Positions 28,778-37,074 of a stretch of DNA of 42,835 bases are shown here, piece after piece. Source of the stretch: a virus (lineage: Duplodnaviria; Heunggongvirae; Uroviricota; Caudoviricetes); IMG/VR virus record IMGVR_UViG_3300001336_000001, positions 1 through 42,835 of that record; one strand, 5' to 3'. Position 1 is the first letter of the stretch. Each line of letters starts with the position of its first letter. The notes under the pieces are model-generated. The model did no database searches. It was not told where the DNA came from and saw only the letters and a list, made by a program, of their open reading frames with translations. Both the position numbers and the translations under genes were made by a program.

Positions 28778-29605
28778 TTATTCTTCCGTTTCGGTTTCTT
28801 TGACTGACAATAACTGGTCAATCTCAATCACCCTTTCAAATTGTTCATTAGCCAATGCCAATTCTTTCAATTTGTTCAACACACTTATTGGGTATTCATC
28901 AATTAAGAATCCTTTTTCGTGTGCAATCTCAACCAATGTTTCTTCGAATTCACTCAATTCTTCATCATCTGTGTCATAGCAAAGATAATCAGTTAGGTAA
29001 TAATCCTCATCACCCTTAATGTCCATAGCCATCATTATAGCTTCTCTTGAACCACCATCGGGAATATTCTCATCAATCGAATCCCCATCAAGTAAGGTGT
29101 AAGTTCCAACATTGTAACCGAAATCCTCATCAGCGTATTCAACTTGAAATTCAACTTCGGGAAACAATTTACTCAACTTAACCATTAGTTCGTATGGTGT
29201 ACTCCAAGCAGTATCAAATTCGATACAATTCTCATCAAGTTCGTGTTGACTATAAGCGTTCCACTTTGTACCCCAATTTTCATTTTGCCAACCATACCAA
29301 TCAGCGTGTCCAAATTTTGCGATATACTCATCAGCAAGTTCTTGTGTCAATCCTCTTGACAATCCCCATTGTCGTTCCATATCGGTTAGGTCGTCCTCAC
29401 GAATTTTTCGTTCTTGCTCATCGTATTCTTCTTTAGAAATAATACGCATTGGCGAAATTGTACCCACCAATTCTTTTGGTATTGGTGCAATCTTATTAAA
29501 GTTAATAAACTGGTCTTCACCCTCACCTTTAATTGCTTCACGAACTTGTTTCACTTGTTCTTCTGTTCCGATAATTGTTAATCGGTTTGTTACATGATTC
29601 GGCAT
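28778..29605 (-). CDS. DUF1281/YubB ferredoxin-like domain protein
   Basis: MPNHVTNRLTI…FNKIAPIP…WYGWQNENWGTKWNA…EFDTAWSTP signature. Confidence 0.75.
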   Translation of the reverse strand: MPNHVTNRLTIIGTEEQVKQVREAIKGEGEDQFINFNKIAPIPKELVGTISPMRIISKEEYDEQERKIREDDLTDMERQWGLSRGLTQELADEYIAKFGHADWYGWQNENWGTKWNAYSQHELDENCIEFDTAWSTPYELMVKLSKLFPEVEFQVEYADEDFGYNVGTYTLLDGDSIDENIPDGGSREAIMMAMDIKGDEDYYLTDYLCYDTDDEELSEFEETLVEIAHEKGFLIDEYPISVLNKLKELALANEQFERVIEIDQLLSVKETETEE

Positions 29606-29693
29606 AATAATATAATTTAATAATTAGACAATACAAATATAAAACAAATAAACCACATATCCAAATAATATATGGTTTATTTTTGTAACTTTT

Positions 29694-30095
29694 TTATGGT
29701 GTTACAAAATTATATAACAAATTCTCAACAACCAAACCCCATGATGCAGTTGGGTCATTTTTACTTTCACTAGGGAAATACTTAATTACCTCATTGATAT
29801 CACCAATAGTAGGGTTTAACCCCAAATCCATCGCCACCTTAACAACATCATCAACACTAATCGTTGGTTCATCATTAAATTCGGGATTATTTTGACATCC
29901 CTCATACCATAAGTCGGGGCAATCACTAACATCCATAACCAAATGACATGAAGCACAAACAATTTCTTCCGCACTAATATCGTGCAATAAGACATTACCA
30001 CAATTCCCACAAGTAACAATGTTTACATTAGCTAAGTCTTGTACTCGCTTCTGCAAATCAATTTGCTCATTTGCTAAATCTCTTTTTGTTTTCAT
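29694..30095 (-). CDS. Zn-ribbon-containing hypothetical protein
   Basis: CGNCG…CASC…CPD. Promoter at 30122-30129. Confidence 0.7.
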   Translation of the reverse strand: MKTKRDLANEQIDLQKRVQDLANVNIVTCGNCGNVLLHDISAEEIVCASCHLVMDVSDCPDLWYEGCQNNPEFNDEPTISVDDVVKVAMDLGLNPTIGDINEVIKYFPSESKNDPTASWGLVVENLLYNFVTP

Positions 30096-30179
30096 AATAA
30101 TACTGTTTTAATTAGACAATACAAATATAAAACAAAAAAACCACATATCCAAATAATATATGGTTTTTTTTTATTTTTT

Positions 30180-30446
30180 TTACATCCAACCTTGGTCAAT
30201 AATCACTGGTTTTCTTTCATGGTCTAGTTGCCAATTTTCATACCATTCACCCCATTCACCACGTCTCGACCTAGATACCGAAACAGTATCACCTAAATCT
30301 TCTTCCAAATGACGCTTAATGTTCTTTCTCAACTCAGCGTATGTTGGATACTGTATGGTCTTATATGGGCTTCTTTTTTTACCCATACGATATTCATTCT
30401 CACTATCCCTAGTTAACACTGTAATTTGTGGTTTAAACTTTCCCAT
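30180..30446 (-). CDS. Hypothetical protein, paralog of 23543-23818
   Basis: See the paralog. Promoter at 30476-30483. Confidence 0.8.
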   Translation of the reverse strand: MGKFKPQITVLTRDSENEYRMGKKRSPYKTIQYPTYAELRKNIKRHLEEDLGDTVSVSRSRRGEWGEWYENWQLDHERKPVIIDQGWM

Positions 30447-30569
30447 AATAATTCGTTTTATTTAATTAGACAATACAAATGTAAAGAAAAAAAGTGATAC
30501 CACCAAATTATAGTATCACTTTTTTATATTTATTTTATACTATCCACTAGTATATTGGTATCAAAAAAG

Positions 30570-30794
30570 TTACAGTTGTTTCAATTCAAACACTTCATCA
30601 CCATAACCATTATCTATAAGATAATCATCAATTGCTTCTTCACTATTATCACCCAAGATAATTTCTAAATCACCAAAAAGTACCAACTCACCATTTTCAA
30701 CAGAATACATTGTTATAGTTTTATAACCAGTTGTTTCTTCCACTTCACCAATTGATTGTAGTTGCTTTTCTACTACATAATAAATCCTTTTCAT
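30570..30794 (-). CDS. Small acidic protein
   Basis: Start MKRIY downstream of the promoter at 30822-30829. Confidence 0.7.
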   Translation of the reverse strand: MKRIYYVVEKQLQSIGEVEETTGYKTITMYSVENGELVLFGDLEIILGDNSEEAIDDYLIDNGYGDEVFELKQL

Positions 30795-30857
30795 AATAAT
30801 ATAATTTTTAATTAGACAATACAAATATAAAACAAATAAACCACATATCCAAATTAT

Positions 30858-31067
30858 TTATGCAGTATTTTCTAACATTTCCTTAAGTAAATTGAAATCG
30901 TGATTTAAATCATCTTCATTCTTATAAACGTAACTATCAAATGACCTTGGTGAATTATGTTCAACCTCAATTGAATGTCCGCCTATACTACCAACCGAAA
31001 TAATAGGTTTCAAAGATAATAAGATAGATATCTCATCCCTTAATGCTTTATTTATAAATTTAACCAT
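30858..31067 (-). CDS. Small hypothetical protein
   Basis: 69-aa ORF. Confidence 0.5.
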   Translation of the reverse strand: MVKFINKALRDEISILLSLKPIISVGSIGGHSIEVEHNSPRSFDSYVYKNEDDLNHDFNLLKEMLENTA

Positions 31068-31199
31068 ACGATAAATGAATTTATGATAGACTTAAAATAA
31101 TGGGTCCACAAACAAGGTATGGATTTTTGTAGAATTCATCCGTGGACTCATTGTTGTCTATCTAATTAAAACTATATTACAACCACCCTTATATCTTGA

Positions 31200-31466
31200 T
31201 TAGTAAATCCAAGTCTCAATAATCTCAACATCGTAATTGAGACCATCAATCTCAATACCAACTTCATAACTGTAACCACCGTCAAACAAGTCAGGAATCT
31301 CATCAAAGTTAAAATCATCAGCATCGAAATGACTACCAACAGCTTCAATAAACTTAGTCTTGAAATCTGCTTTACCAATCTCATCATTACTAACGTTAGC
31401 AATAACACCAATCATTGGACACTCACTATTTCCAACCTCCAATAATGCAAAACTCTTATTTTTCAT
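31200..31466 (-). CDS. Small acidic protein
   Basis: 88-aa ORF, co-transcribed with 31484-31762. Confidence 0.7.
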   Translation of the reverse strand: MKNKSFALLEVGNSECPMIGVIANVSNDEIGKADFKTKFIEAVGSHFDADDFNFDEIPDLFDGGYSYEVGIEIDGLNYDVEIIETWIY

Positions 31467-31483
31467 AATAATATTATTTTATA

Positions 31484-31762
31484 TTAATAAACACTTGTCA
31501 CATAACCAATGAAACATCCACTAAAATCTTCCATTGATTGGTTGTTAACCTCGGAAGTAAAATCACCAAGTTCCCAAACCTCGAAACGCTTCTCATCAGC
31601 AAAACTCGAATCTAAATCAATTAACATATCTCGAACTAGACCACTTTGATTGTATGGTTCATGACCACGTAAATCAAATACAGTACCTTCATGTTTTTCA
31701 AGTAATTCTCGTCCACCTTGACCGCAGCCAACAATTACAATAAACGTTTTAATTTTAGACAT
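31484..31762 (-). CDS. Hypothetical protein
   Basis: Promoter at 31790-31797. Confidence 0.7.
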   Translation of the reverse strand: MSKIKTFIVIVGCGQGGRELLEKHEGTVFDLRGHEPYNQSGLVRDMLIDLDSSFADEKRFEVWELGDFTSEVNNQSMEDFSGCFIGYVTSVY

Positions 31763-31843
31763 AACTTATACATTTTTAATTAGACAATTCAAAGGTAAGA
31801 AAAATAAGTGACACCACCAAATTATAGTGCCACTTATCTTTAA

Positions 31844-32197
31844 TTAGATACTGAAACCTTCACTTTCAATTTGGTCGCCTGAATGATACTTGTTCTGTGC
31901 ATAATAGTATGCTGTATTATCATACACCACAAAAGAATGTGTATCTGTTTTCCACCCATCAAATTTCTCAAATACACCCTCCTCATCAGTCTCACGCTCA
32001 TAAGTAACTGAACCGTTTATATAAACTTTAACCGAATGAATATCACCATTTGTTTTGATAAACTCCTGGGCTTGGTTTATAATCGAAATATCTTTATCAG
32101 ACAACTCCAATACAACCCTGTCAATCTCGAAACTATCAGAATAATCCCAACTTCTGAATGCAATTTCTAACTCGAATTTTTTAACTACTGAATTCAT
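31844..32197 (-). CDS. Hypothetical acidic protein
   Basis: Variant promoter TATCTTCG at ~32225. Confidence 0.7.
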   Translation of the reverse strand: MNSVVKKFELEIAFRSWDYSDSFEIDRVVLELSDKDISIINQAQEFIKTNGDIHSVKVYINGSVTYERETDEEGVFEKFDGWKTDTHSFVVYDNTAYYYAQNKYHSGDQIESEGFSI

Positions 32198-32272
32198 AAC
32201 TTATATGTTTTTAATTAGACAATACGAAGATAAATATATTATTTTATAATTCCAAATAAAATCGTATTTATT

Positions 32273-32545
32273 TTAGAGATTATTTGCACAACCCTCAACG
32301 GCAGTCTCAATACCTTCAAGGTACGCTGAATTCTCAACATCTACACCAGCTATGGCGTGTGCAAGAATCATCGCTTCAATACCATCCATTGCTGCATTGT
32401 ATAACTCATCCTCTTCATCCTCATTTTCGGTCTTCAACATTGCTGAATGGATTGAACCACCTTTACCATCTTTGTTGATAATGATTAGAATATTAAATAC
32501 TGGTAAGGTAATCATTGTGTTACCGTCTTTATCAATACTTTTCAT
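32273..32545 (-). CDS. Hypothetical acidic protein
   Basis: Variant promoter TATCTTCG at ~32573. Confidence 0.7.
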   Translation of the reverse strand: MKSIDKDGNTMITLPVFNILIIINKDGKGGSIHSAMLKTENEDEEDELYNAAMDGIEAMILAHAIAGVDVENSAYLEGIETAVEGCANNL

Positions 32546-32631
32546 AACTTATATATTTTTAATTAGACAATACGAAGATAAGAAAAAATAATGACACTAC
32601 CAAATTATAGTGCCATTATTTTACACTTTTT

Positions 32632-33324
32632 TTATACGAATTTTTTAGCCTTAGTGCCATGCACAATGATAGCAATGTTTTTAGCCTTGGTACTAGCACC
32701 CTTACACAAATTACAATCAATACATTGTACTCCATGCGTATAGTTAGGACACATAATCTCATTGTCCATTAACTCATTGTCATTTTTAACAACTCTAAAC
32801 GTTCTCCAACCTCTACCTTGCGCAACCTTAGCTTGCTCCTCGGTCTCTACACTAGCCATTGTTAAATCCTTAACAGAATCCTCATTGGTAGTTTCCCATT
32901 GGTGTGTGTAACTTGTATTGTTTTTAACAACACTTTTTAACCCAACTAAAATATCTGTAGGTAATGCCAATGGGTCTCCATATGCCCCAAATCTCATTTT
33001 TAACCCCTCAAAAATCGCATAACTATCTACCTTTGGATAGTTACCACGTTTCCATGCTCTAAACACACTTAATGGGGCTTGGTGTGTAATAACGTAACAC
33101 GCACCGCCAGTATGATGTCTCAATGGACAATCACCACATACTGCCGAATCATCACCACTTTTGATTGCTTGGTTAGGTTCAATTTCACCATGAAGAATCC
33201 ATAAACTAGCCATGTTACCAGTTTTAATGTTGTTACTTTCCAATGTAACAATACCAACAATAGGTGCACCGTTAATCATACTAGCACCCTCATAAACCAC
33301 ATAACCCTTAATTTCCTTGCTCAT
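32632..33324 (-). CDS. Cys-rich phage protein, radical-SAM/Fe-S-like (DUF7227-like)
   Basis: SNNIKTGNM, VCGDCPLR…GACYV, MRFGAYGDP, SYTHQW and CP…CIDCNLC motifs. Confidence 0.6.
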   Translation of the reverse strand: MSKEIKGYVVYEGASMINGAPIVGIVTLESNNIKTGNMASLWILHGEIEPNQAIKSGDDSAVCGDCPLRHHTGGACYVITHQAPLSVFRAWKRGNYPKVDSYAIFEGLKMRFGAYGDPLALPTDILVGLKSVVKNNTSYTHQWETTNEDSVKDLTMASVETEEQAKVAQGRGWRTFRVVKNDNELMDNEIMCPNYTHGVQCIDCNLCKGASTKAKNIAIIVHGTKAKKFV

Positions 33325-33416
33325 AATAATACTGTTTTAATTAGACAATACAAATATAAAACAAATAAACCACATATCCAAATAATATATGGTTTATTTT
33401 ATAAAATTATATTATT

Positions 33417-34067
33417 TTACTGTTCCTCAATCCAACGTCTGAAACCAATAACAACATCATCATTGTTCCACTTCCCCTCATCAGCACAATCCATAATATC
33501 CTCATAAATGAACTGTACAATGTCCTCCCAATTTTCGGGTAAATCCATACCCAACTTGGTAATTAGGTTTATGAAGACTTTCTCAATCTCATCTTTCATA
33601 GTTGGATTGTTAAACATTTGCTTTCTCCAATCTTTATCAGCTTCACTATATTCACCGTTTTTTTTCCAAAAACCAATATTCAATATATCATCAGCCTCAC
33701 CATGTGTAATACCAACCGACTCACAAAAGTTTTTGTGTTCTTCAATATCAAACTTTGCAATATCGAATAAATAATTCCTTTCACCATCAATCTCCTCATC
33801 ACCATCAATTGAGATAACATTACCTTGCATATCACATTTGATAGTTCCCCAACTACCCTCAAACTCATAGTTATACCCCTCACATGACTCAATAAATGCT
33901 TCCGATTGATAATCCACCTCCGAATCAGATAACGTTAAATTCATGCCGTTCTCAAAAGACAGAACAACTTTGCCATCAATAATATCAACACCCGATATCG
34001 ACCCCATTTCACACTTCAACATATCTAAACGTCTCTTAGTGTTGTTTAACTTGATTTCTGAATTCAT
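33417..34067 (-). CDS. Multi-module acidic hypothetical protein
   Basis: 216-aa ORF. Promoter at 34095-34102. Confidence 0.7.
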   Translation of the reverse strand: MNSEIKLNNTKRRLDMLKCEMGSISGVDIIDGKVVLSFENGMNLTLSDSEVDYQSEAFIESCEGYNYEFEGSWGTIKCDMQGNVISIDGDEEIDGERNYLFDIAKFDIEEHKNFCESVGITHGEADDILNIGFWKKNGEYSEADKDWRKQMFNNPTMKDEIEKVFINLITKLGMDLPENWEDIVQFIYEDIMDCADEGKWNNDDVVIGFRRWIEEQ

Positions 34068-34113
34068 AACTTATATATTTTTAATTAGACAATACAAATA
34101 TAAAACAAAATAA

Positions 34114-34401
34114 TTACTTATCCAAATATTCTTCCGAAATTTCTTCAATAAATTCCATGGGAATATCCAAATGATTCTTACAAATCTCAACCGCACTCAA
34201 TTCAAGTTCGTTGTCATCTACATAGTAGTAAATTTCATCATCAACATCAAACTCCTCATCACTATAATCACTAGCACTACCCATGTCCGAATTCAAAGAA
34301 TAATTCCCAATTCTAATAACTTGGTTCTCCCCAAACTCTGGGTTGTTAACGATGAATAATCGTGTTGGGTATTCCTTACCTTTATACTTAATGCTATCCA
34401 T
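34114..34401 (-). CDS. Small acidic protein
   Basis: Promoter at 34430-34437. Confidence 0.7.
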   Translation of the reverse strand: MDSIKYKGKEYPTRLFIVNNPEFGENQVIRIGNYSLNSDMGSASDYSDEEFDVDDEIYYYVDDNELELSAVEICKNHLDIPMEFIEEISEEYLDK

Positions 34402-34462
34402 AACCCTATAATTTAATAATTAGACAATACAAATATAAAACAAAATAATTACTTATCCAAAT

Positions 34463-34816
34463 TTATTTGAAGCTATTTTTAAACTTTTCTTCTTGCTCAA
34501 TGAAGAATATAATTTTTTCATCGGTGGTTCTAACCTCATTTCTCAACCTAACACTATCTAGTGGGTGTAAATCATCCAACCAATACTCAAATACTTTATC
34601 AATCCTTTCAACACTCCACGTATCAAATTCAGTTAATAACCTAAGTTCATACGGGTCAGCATCTAACCCATAATTAAAAGTGTAACCCAATGGTTTCAAT
34701 TCAATAAGTAATCGTTCCAATTCAGTATATGTATTATCACAATCCTCATTAAAACTATTTAATATTTTCTGAACCTCAATAGGTAAATCCTCAAATTTAT
34801 CAAATAAATCAACCAT
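34463..34816 (-). CDS. Hypothetical acidic protein
   Basis: Promoter at 34845-34852. Confidence 0.7.
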   Translation of the reverse strand: MVDLFDKFEDLPIEVQKILNSFNEDCDNTYTELERLLIELKPLGYTFNYGLDADPYELRLLTEFDTWSVERIDKVFEYWLDDLHPLDSVRLRNEVRTTDEKIIFFIEQEEKFKNSFK

Positions 34817-34887
34817 AACCCTATAATTTAATAATTAGACAATACAAATATAAAACAAAAAAACTATATATCCAAATTTATTTGAAA

Positions 34888-35211
34888 TTATTTTGAATGT
34901 TTCATAATACCCTTATATAATAACTTAATCTCCTCAACAGTTAAATTACTCTTCATTTGATTAAACCACTTGGAACAAGCAACAACATTATTATCAACAT
35001 ATCCCCTATCATTATCAACCCTATCAAATGTTAATTGATTCTTATCATCAGTAATGTGATTTAATTTAACTCCAGTAAAATAACAACGCTTGGTATTTAA
35101 TACACGCTTAACCCTATTGAAAGTTAAACCAAACTCAATACCACGACTCTTTGCTGAATTCTCCAATGCTATCAATTTCTTAGCTATTTTAATATCATCA
35201 ATGACTTTCAT
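34888..35211 (-). CDS. HNH/His-Me-finger-like small nuclease-fold protein
   Basis: CYFTG…TFDRVDNDRGYVDNNVVACSKWFNQMK is the DRxDN…GY…N…C…N variant of HNH. Confidence 0.6.
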   Translation of the reverse strand: MKVIDDIKIAKKLIALENSAKSRGIEFGLTFNRVKRVLNTKRCYFTGVKLNHITDDKNQLTFDRVDNDRGYVDNNVVACSKWFNQMKSNLTVEEIKLLYKGIMKHSK

Positions 35212-35352
35212 AATAAAATACTTTTATAATTAAACCCACACAAATATAAAACAAAATAATCTGACATCCAAATAATAACCACAATAAAAATAATTTATTT
35301 TTTTTACCAAAATAATTTGCATATATCATTTATTATTCTTACCTTTGTTATG

Positions 35353-35413
35353 TAGCAATGATGCTAAGGGCTGGTACTCACAAGGTACTTGGAGCGTAGA
35401 CTCCAACCTACCC
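35353..35413 (+). ncRNA. Three-hairpin small RNA family, copy 8
   Basis: TACCTTTG at 35340-35347. TAGC/GCTA, GGTAC-TCACAAG-GTACT, GTAG-ACTCCAAC-CTAC. Confidence 0.65.
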
Positions 35414-35487
35414 TATACTTTCCTAACAAAAAAATATATCCAATAAAATTTGCATATGTCAAAAATTATTCTTACCTTTATAATATA

Positions 35488-35557
35488 TACTCGACAAGGA
35501 ATTTTAAAAGGGCTGATACCATTACACGGTGTCAGGAGAGTGGACTACAACCTACCT
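35488..35557 (+). ncRNA. Small RNA family, copy 9 (tandem with copy 8)
   Basis: Variant promoter TACCTTTA at 35473-35480. CTGATACC-ATTACAC-GGTGTCAG hairpin and GTGG-ACTACAAC-CTAC. Confidence 0.6.
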
Positions 35558-35680
35558 TATATTTTATCTTAAACCATAACCACCAAATCTATTTAATTAT
35601 ATAAAATAATATTATAATTAATTTTACTTATAATTTATCCTGACTTATATTATAACTTCTTTTTTCATATTTGCGTTTTA

Positions 35681-35720
35681 CAAAAAAGGATGAGGTCTAT
35701 AAAAATCCTCATCCTTTTTT
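35681..35720. terminator. Intrinsic terminator-like hairpin
   Basis: AAAAAGGATGAGG-…-CCTCATCCTTTTT inverted repeat. Confidence 0.7.
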
Positions 35721-35782
35721 TATTCCCATCATTTATCATATCCAATATTATTTTTAAAGTATTACACAAACCAGCTTGACGC

Positions 35783-35802
35783 ATATACACAAATGTGTAT
35801 AT
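35783..35802. repeat. 20-bp palindrome copy overlapping a TATATTTG promoter
   Basis: Exact copy running into …TATATTTG upstream of 35834. Confidence 0.9.
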
Positions 35803-35833
35803 ATTTGCAGTTATATATAATAAAGAATATACT

Positions 35834-36019
35834 ATGAGAAAAATTGTTGCATATAAAAAAGATTATCTAATAACTAATGAGGAAGTAACCGTATATCATC
35901 CAGACACATTTGAACCCATCAAAAAAATTGTGGAGAAAAAAACACCAATACAAATACCAGTTTATGAAGATGATATACCATCCAATACCAAAAATTATAA
36001 ATACCTTTTAATAATATAA
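35834..36019 (+). CDS. Small hypothetical protein ending YKYLLII
   Basis: ATG at 35834, downstream of the promoter. Confidence 0.6.
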   Translation: MRKIVAYKKDYLITNEEVTVYHPDTFEPIKKIVEKKTPIQIPVYEDDIPSNTKNYKYLLII

Positions 36020-36023
36020 AATT

Positions 36024-36191
36024 ATGGAACCAAAAAATTATATCGATACTTCAGAATACTATATAGAACTAGATACTGATAGAAGAACAATAAATGGCAT
36101 ACCTGTTATTGGTGGAATTAGAAAACGAATAATTGAAAGAAAAATAGTCACACCATCAAATGATAAATACAAATATCTACTTATAAGATAA
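36024..36191 (+). CDS. Small hypothetical protein ending YKYLLIR (55 aa)
   Basis: Hand translation MEPKNYIDTSEYYIELDTDRRTINGIPVIGGIRKRIIERKIVTPSNDKYKYLLIR. Confidence 0.55.
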   Translation: MEPKNYIDTSEYYIELDTDRRTINGIPVIGGIRKRIIERKIVTPSNDKYKYLLIR

Positions 36192-36192
36192 A

Positions 36193-36212
36193 ATATACAC
36201 AAATGTGTATAT
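36193..36212. repeat. 20-bp palindrome copy
   Basis: Exact copy upstream of the Nudix gene. Confidence 0.9.
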
Positions 36213-36230
36213 ATCATCATATTTATTATT

Positions 36231-36758
36231 ATGATAGTTAAAGATATTAAAACCATTTTCCAAGGTTATTATAAAATAGATGAACTAACCTTAAAAACTA
36301 ATAAAGGTAATACTATAACCAGAGAACTATTTAACAATAAAGACGGTATCGGGGCCATAGTATATAATACAAAACTAAATAAATATATACTAGTTAAACA
36401 GTGGAGAATCGCTACCAAACAACCTATCGTAGAAATTGTTGGTGGGTCCATTGAAGAAAATCAATCACCAATTAATGCTGTACATACTGAAGTACTAGAA
36501 GAAATTGGTTATAAATGTGATGCCGTAATACCTATCACTTGTTTCTACCCATCCCCTGGTGCAATAGCAGAAAAAGTTTTCCTATATTATGTAGAAGTAT
36601 CTGAACAAATAAATCCTGGTGGTGGTAATCAAAATGAAGATGAAGATATTGAACTAATATATCTATCTCACTCAGACTTAATCAATACAATATTTGATGA
36701 TGCCAAAACTATTATTGCTATTAATTATATTAAAGAAAATTACACACTAAGGGCCTGA
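36231..36758 (+). CDS. Nudix hydrolase, ADP-ribose pyrophosphatase (NudF/NudK)-like
   Basis: Nudix box GGSIEENQSPINAVHTEVLEEIGY, LVKQWR, YPSPG and EDEDIE motifs typical of ADPR-ases. Confidence 0.85.
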   Translation: MIVKDIKTIFQGYYKIDELTLKTNKGNTITRELFNNKDGIGAIVYNTKLNKYILVKQWRIATKQPIVEIVGGSIEENQSPINAVHTEVLEEIGYKCDAVIPITCFYPSPGAIAEKVFLYYVEVSEQINPGGGNQNEDEDIELIYLSHSDLINTIFDDAKTIIAINYIKENYTLRA

Positions 36759-36777
36759 TATACACAAATGTGTATAT
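36758..36777. repeat. 20-bp palindrome copy
   Basis: Exact copy at the Nudix stop codon. Confidence 0.9.
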
Positions 36778-36815
36778 ATTAGATAAAAATAATTTAATCT
36801 TTTTTACCAAAAAAC

Positions 36816-36846
36816 TTGCATAATTAAAATACTTGTTGTATCTTTG
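36816..36846 (+). promoter_or_regulatory. Host-type promoter for the tRNA/ncRNA cluster
   Basis: TTGC at ~36816 and TATCTTTG at 36839-36846. Confidence 0.7.
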
Positions 36847-36994
36847 TATCCACTTCAAAACATAATAATATATGTTTTAATAATTAGACAACTAGTGTTG
36901 ATGGTAAAATCCCAGTAGGTACCATACACTTTAATAAAACATAAACGGTGAACGTGTCGACTTAAGAAACGACTAGTAACAACGAAGGGATTTA

Positions 36995-37068
36995 GGGTTT
37001 GTAACTCAGTTGGTTAGAGTGCAACACTCATAATGTTGAAGCCCTAGGTTCGAGTCCTAGCTGACCCA
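36995..37068 (+). tRNA. tRNA with CAT anticodon (Ile2 or elongator Met, not initiator), no encoded CCA
   Basis: GGGTTTG/CTGACCC acceptor, ACTC/GAGT D-stem, CAACA-CTCATAA-TGTTG, CTAGG-TTCGAGT-CCTAG. Lacks initiator GGG/CCC pairs. Confidence 0.9.
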
Positions 37069-37074
37069 CAATGT

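Larger units (their letters stand above)
8275..35248 (-). promoter_or_regulatory. Array of ~45 Bacteroidota sigma70-type promoters (TTTG-N19-21-TAnnTTTG), roughly one per gene
   Basis: Plus-strand TAATTAGACAATACAAATATAA / TTGATTAACGAATACAAATATAA recurs just upstream of most minus-strand ORFs, e.g. -7 boxes at 12153, 16045, 21289, 22591, 24692, 28709, 30122, 33351 and 34845. Confidence 0.9.

Noticed and set aside
8275-35260. Integron cassette array with attC sites
   Set aside because: No integron integrase in the window and no RYYYAAC…GTTRRRY attC pattern. The repeats are explained by promoter/terminator elements.
8428-35557. Small-RNA family as HDV-like/theta or hammerhead ribozymes, tRNA mimics, or TIGR/CRISPR units
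   Set aside because: No nested double-pseudoknot order, no CUGAUGA/GAAA core, no acceptor stem or D-loop GG, and no repeat-spacer periodicity. It is kept as an unknown family instead.
1576-35833. N-terminal extensions such as MYCLIK…, MYPIKK…, MYIFAV… in the ORF track
   Set aside because: They start at alternative codons inside the conserved promoter. True starts are the ATGs ~25-35 nt downstream of the -7 box.
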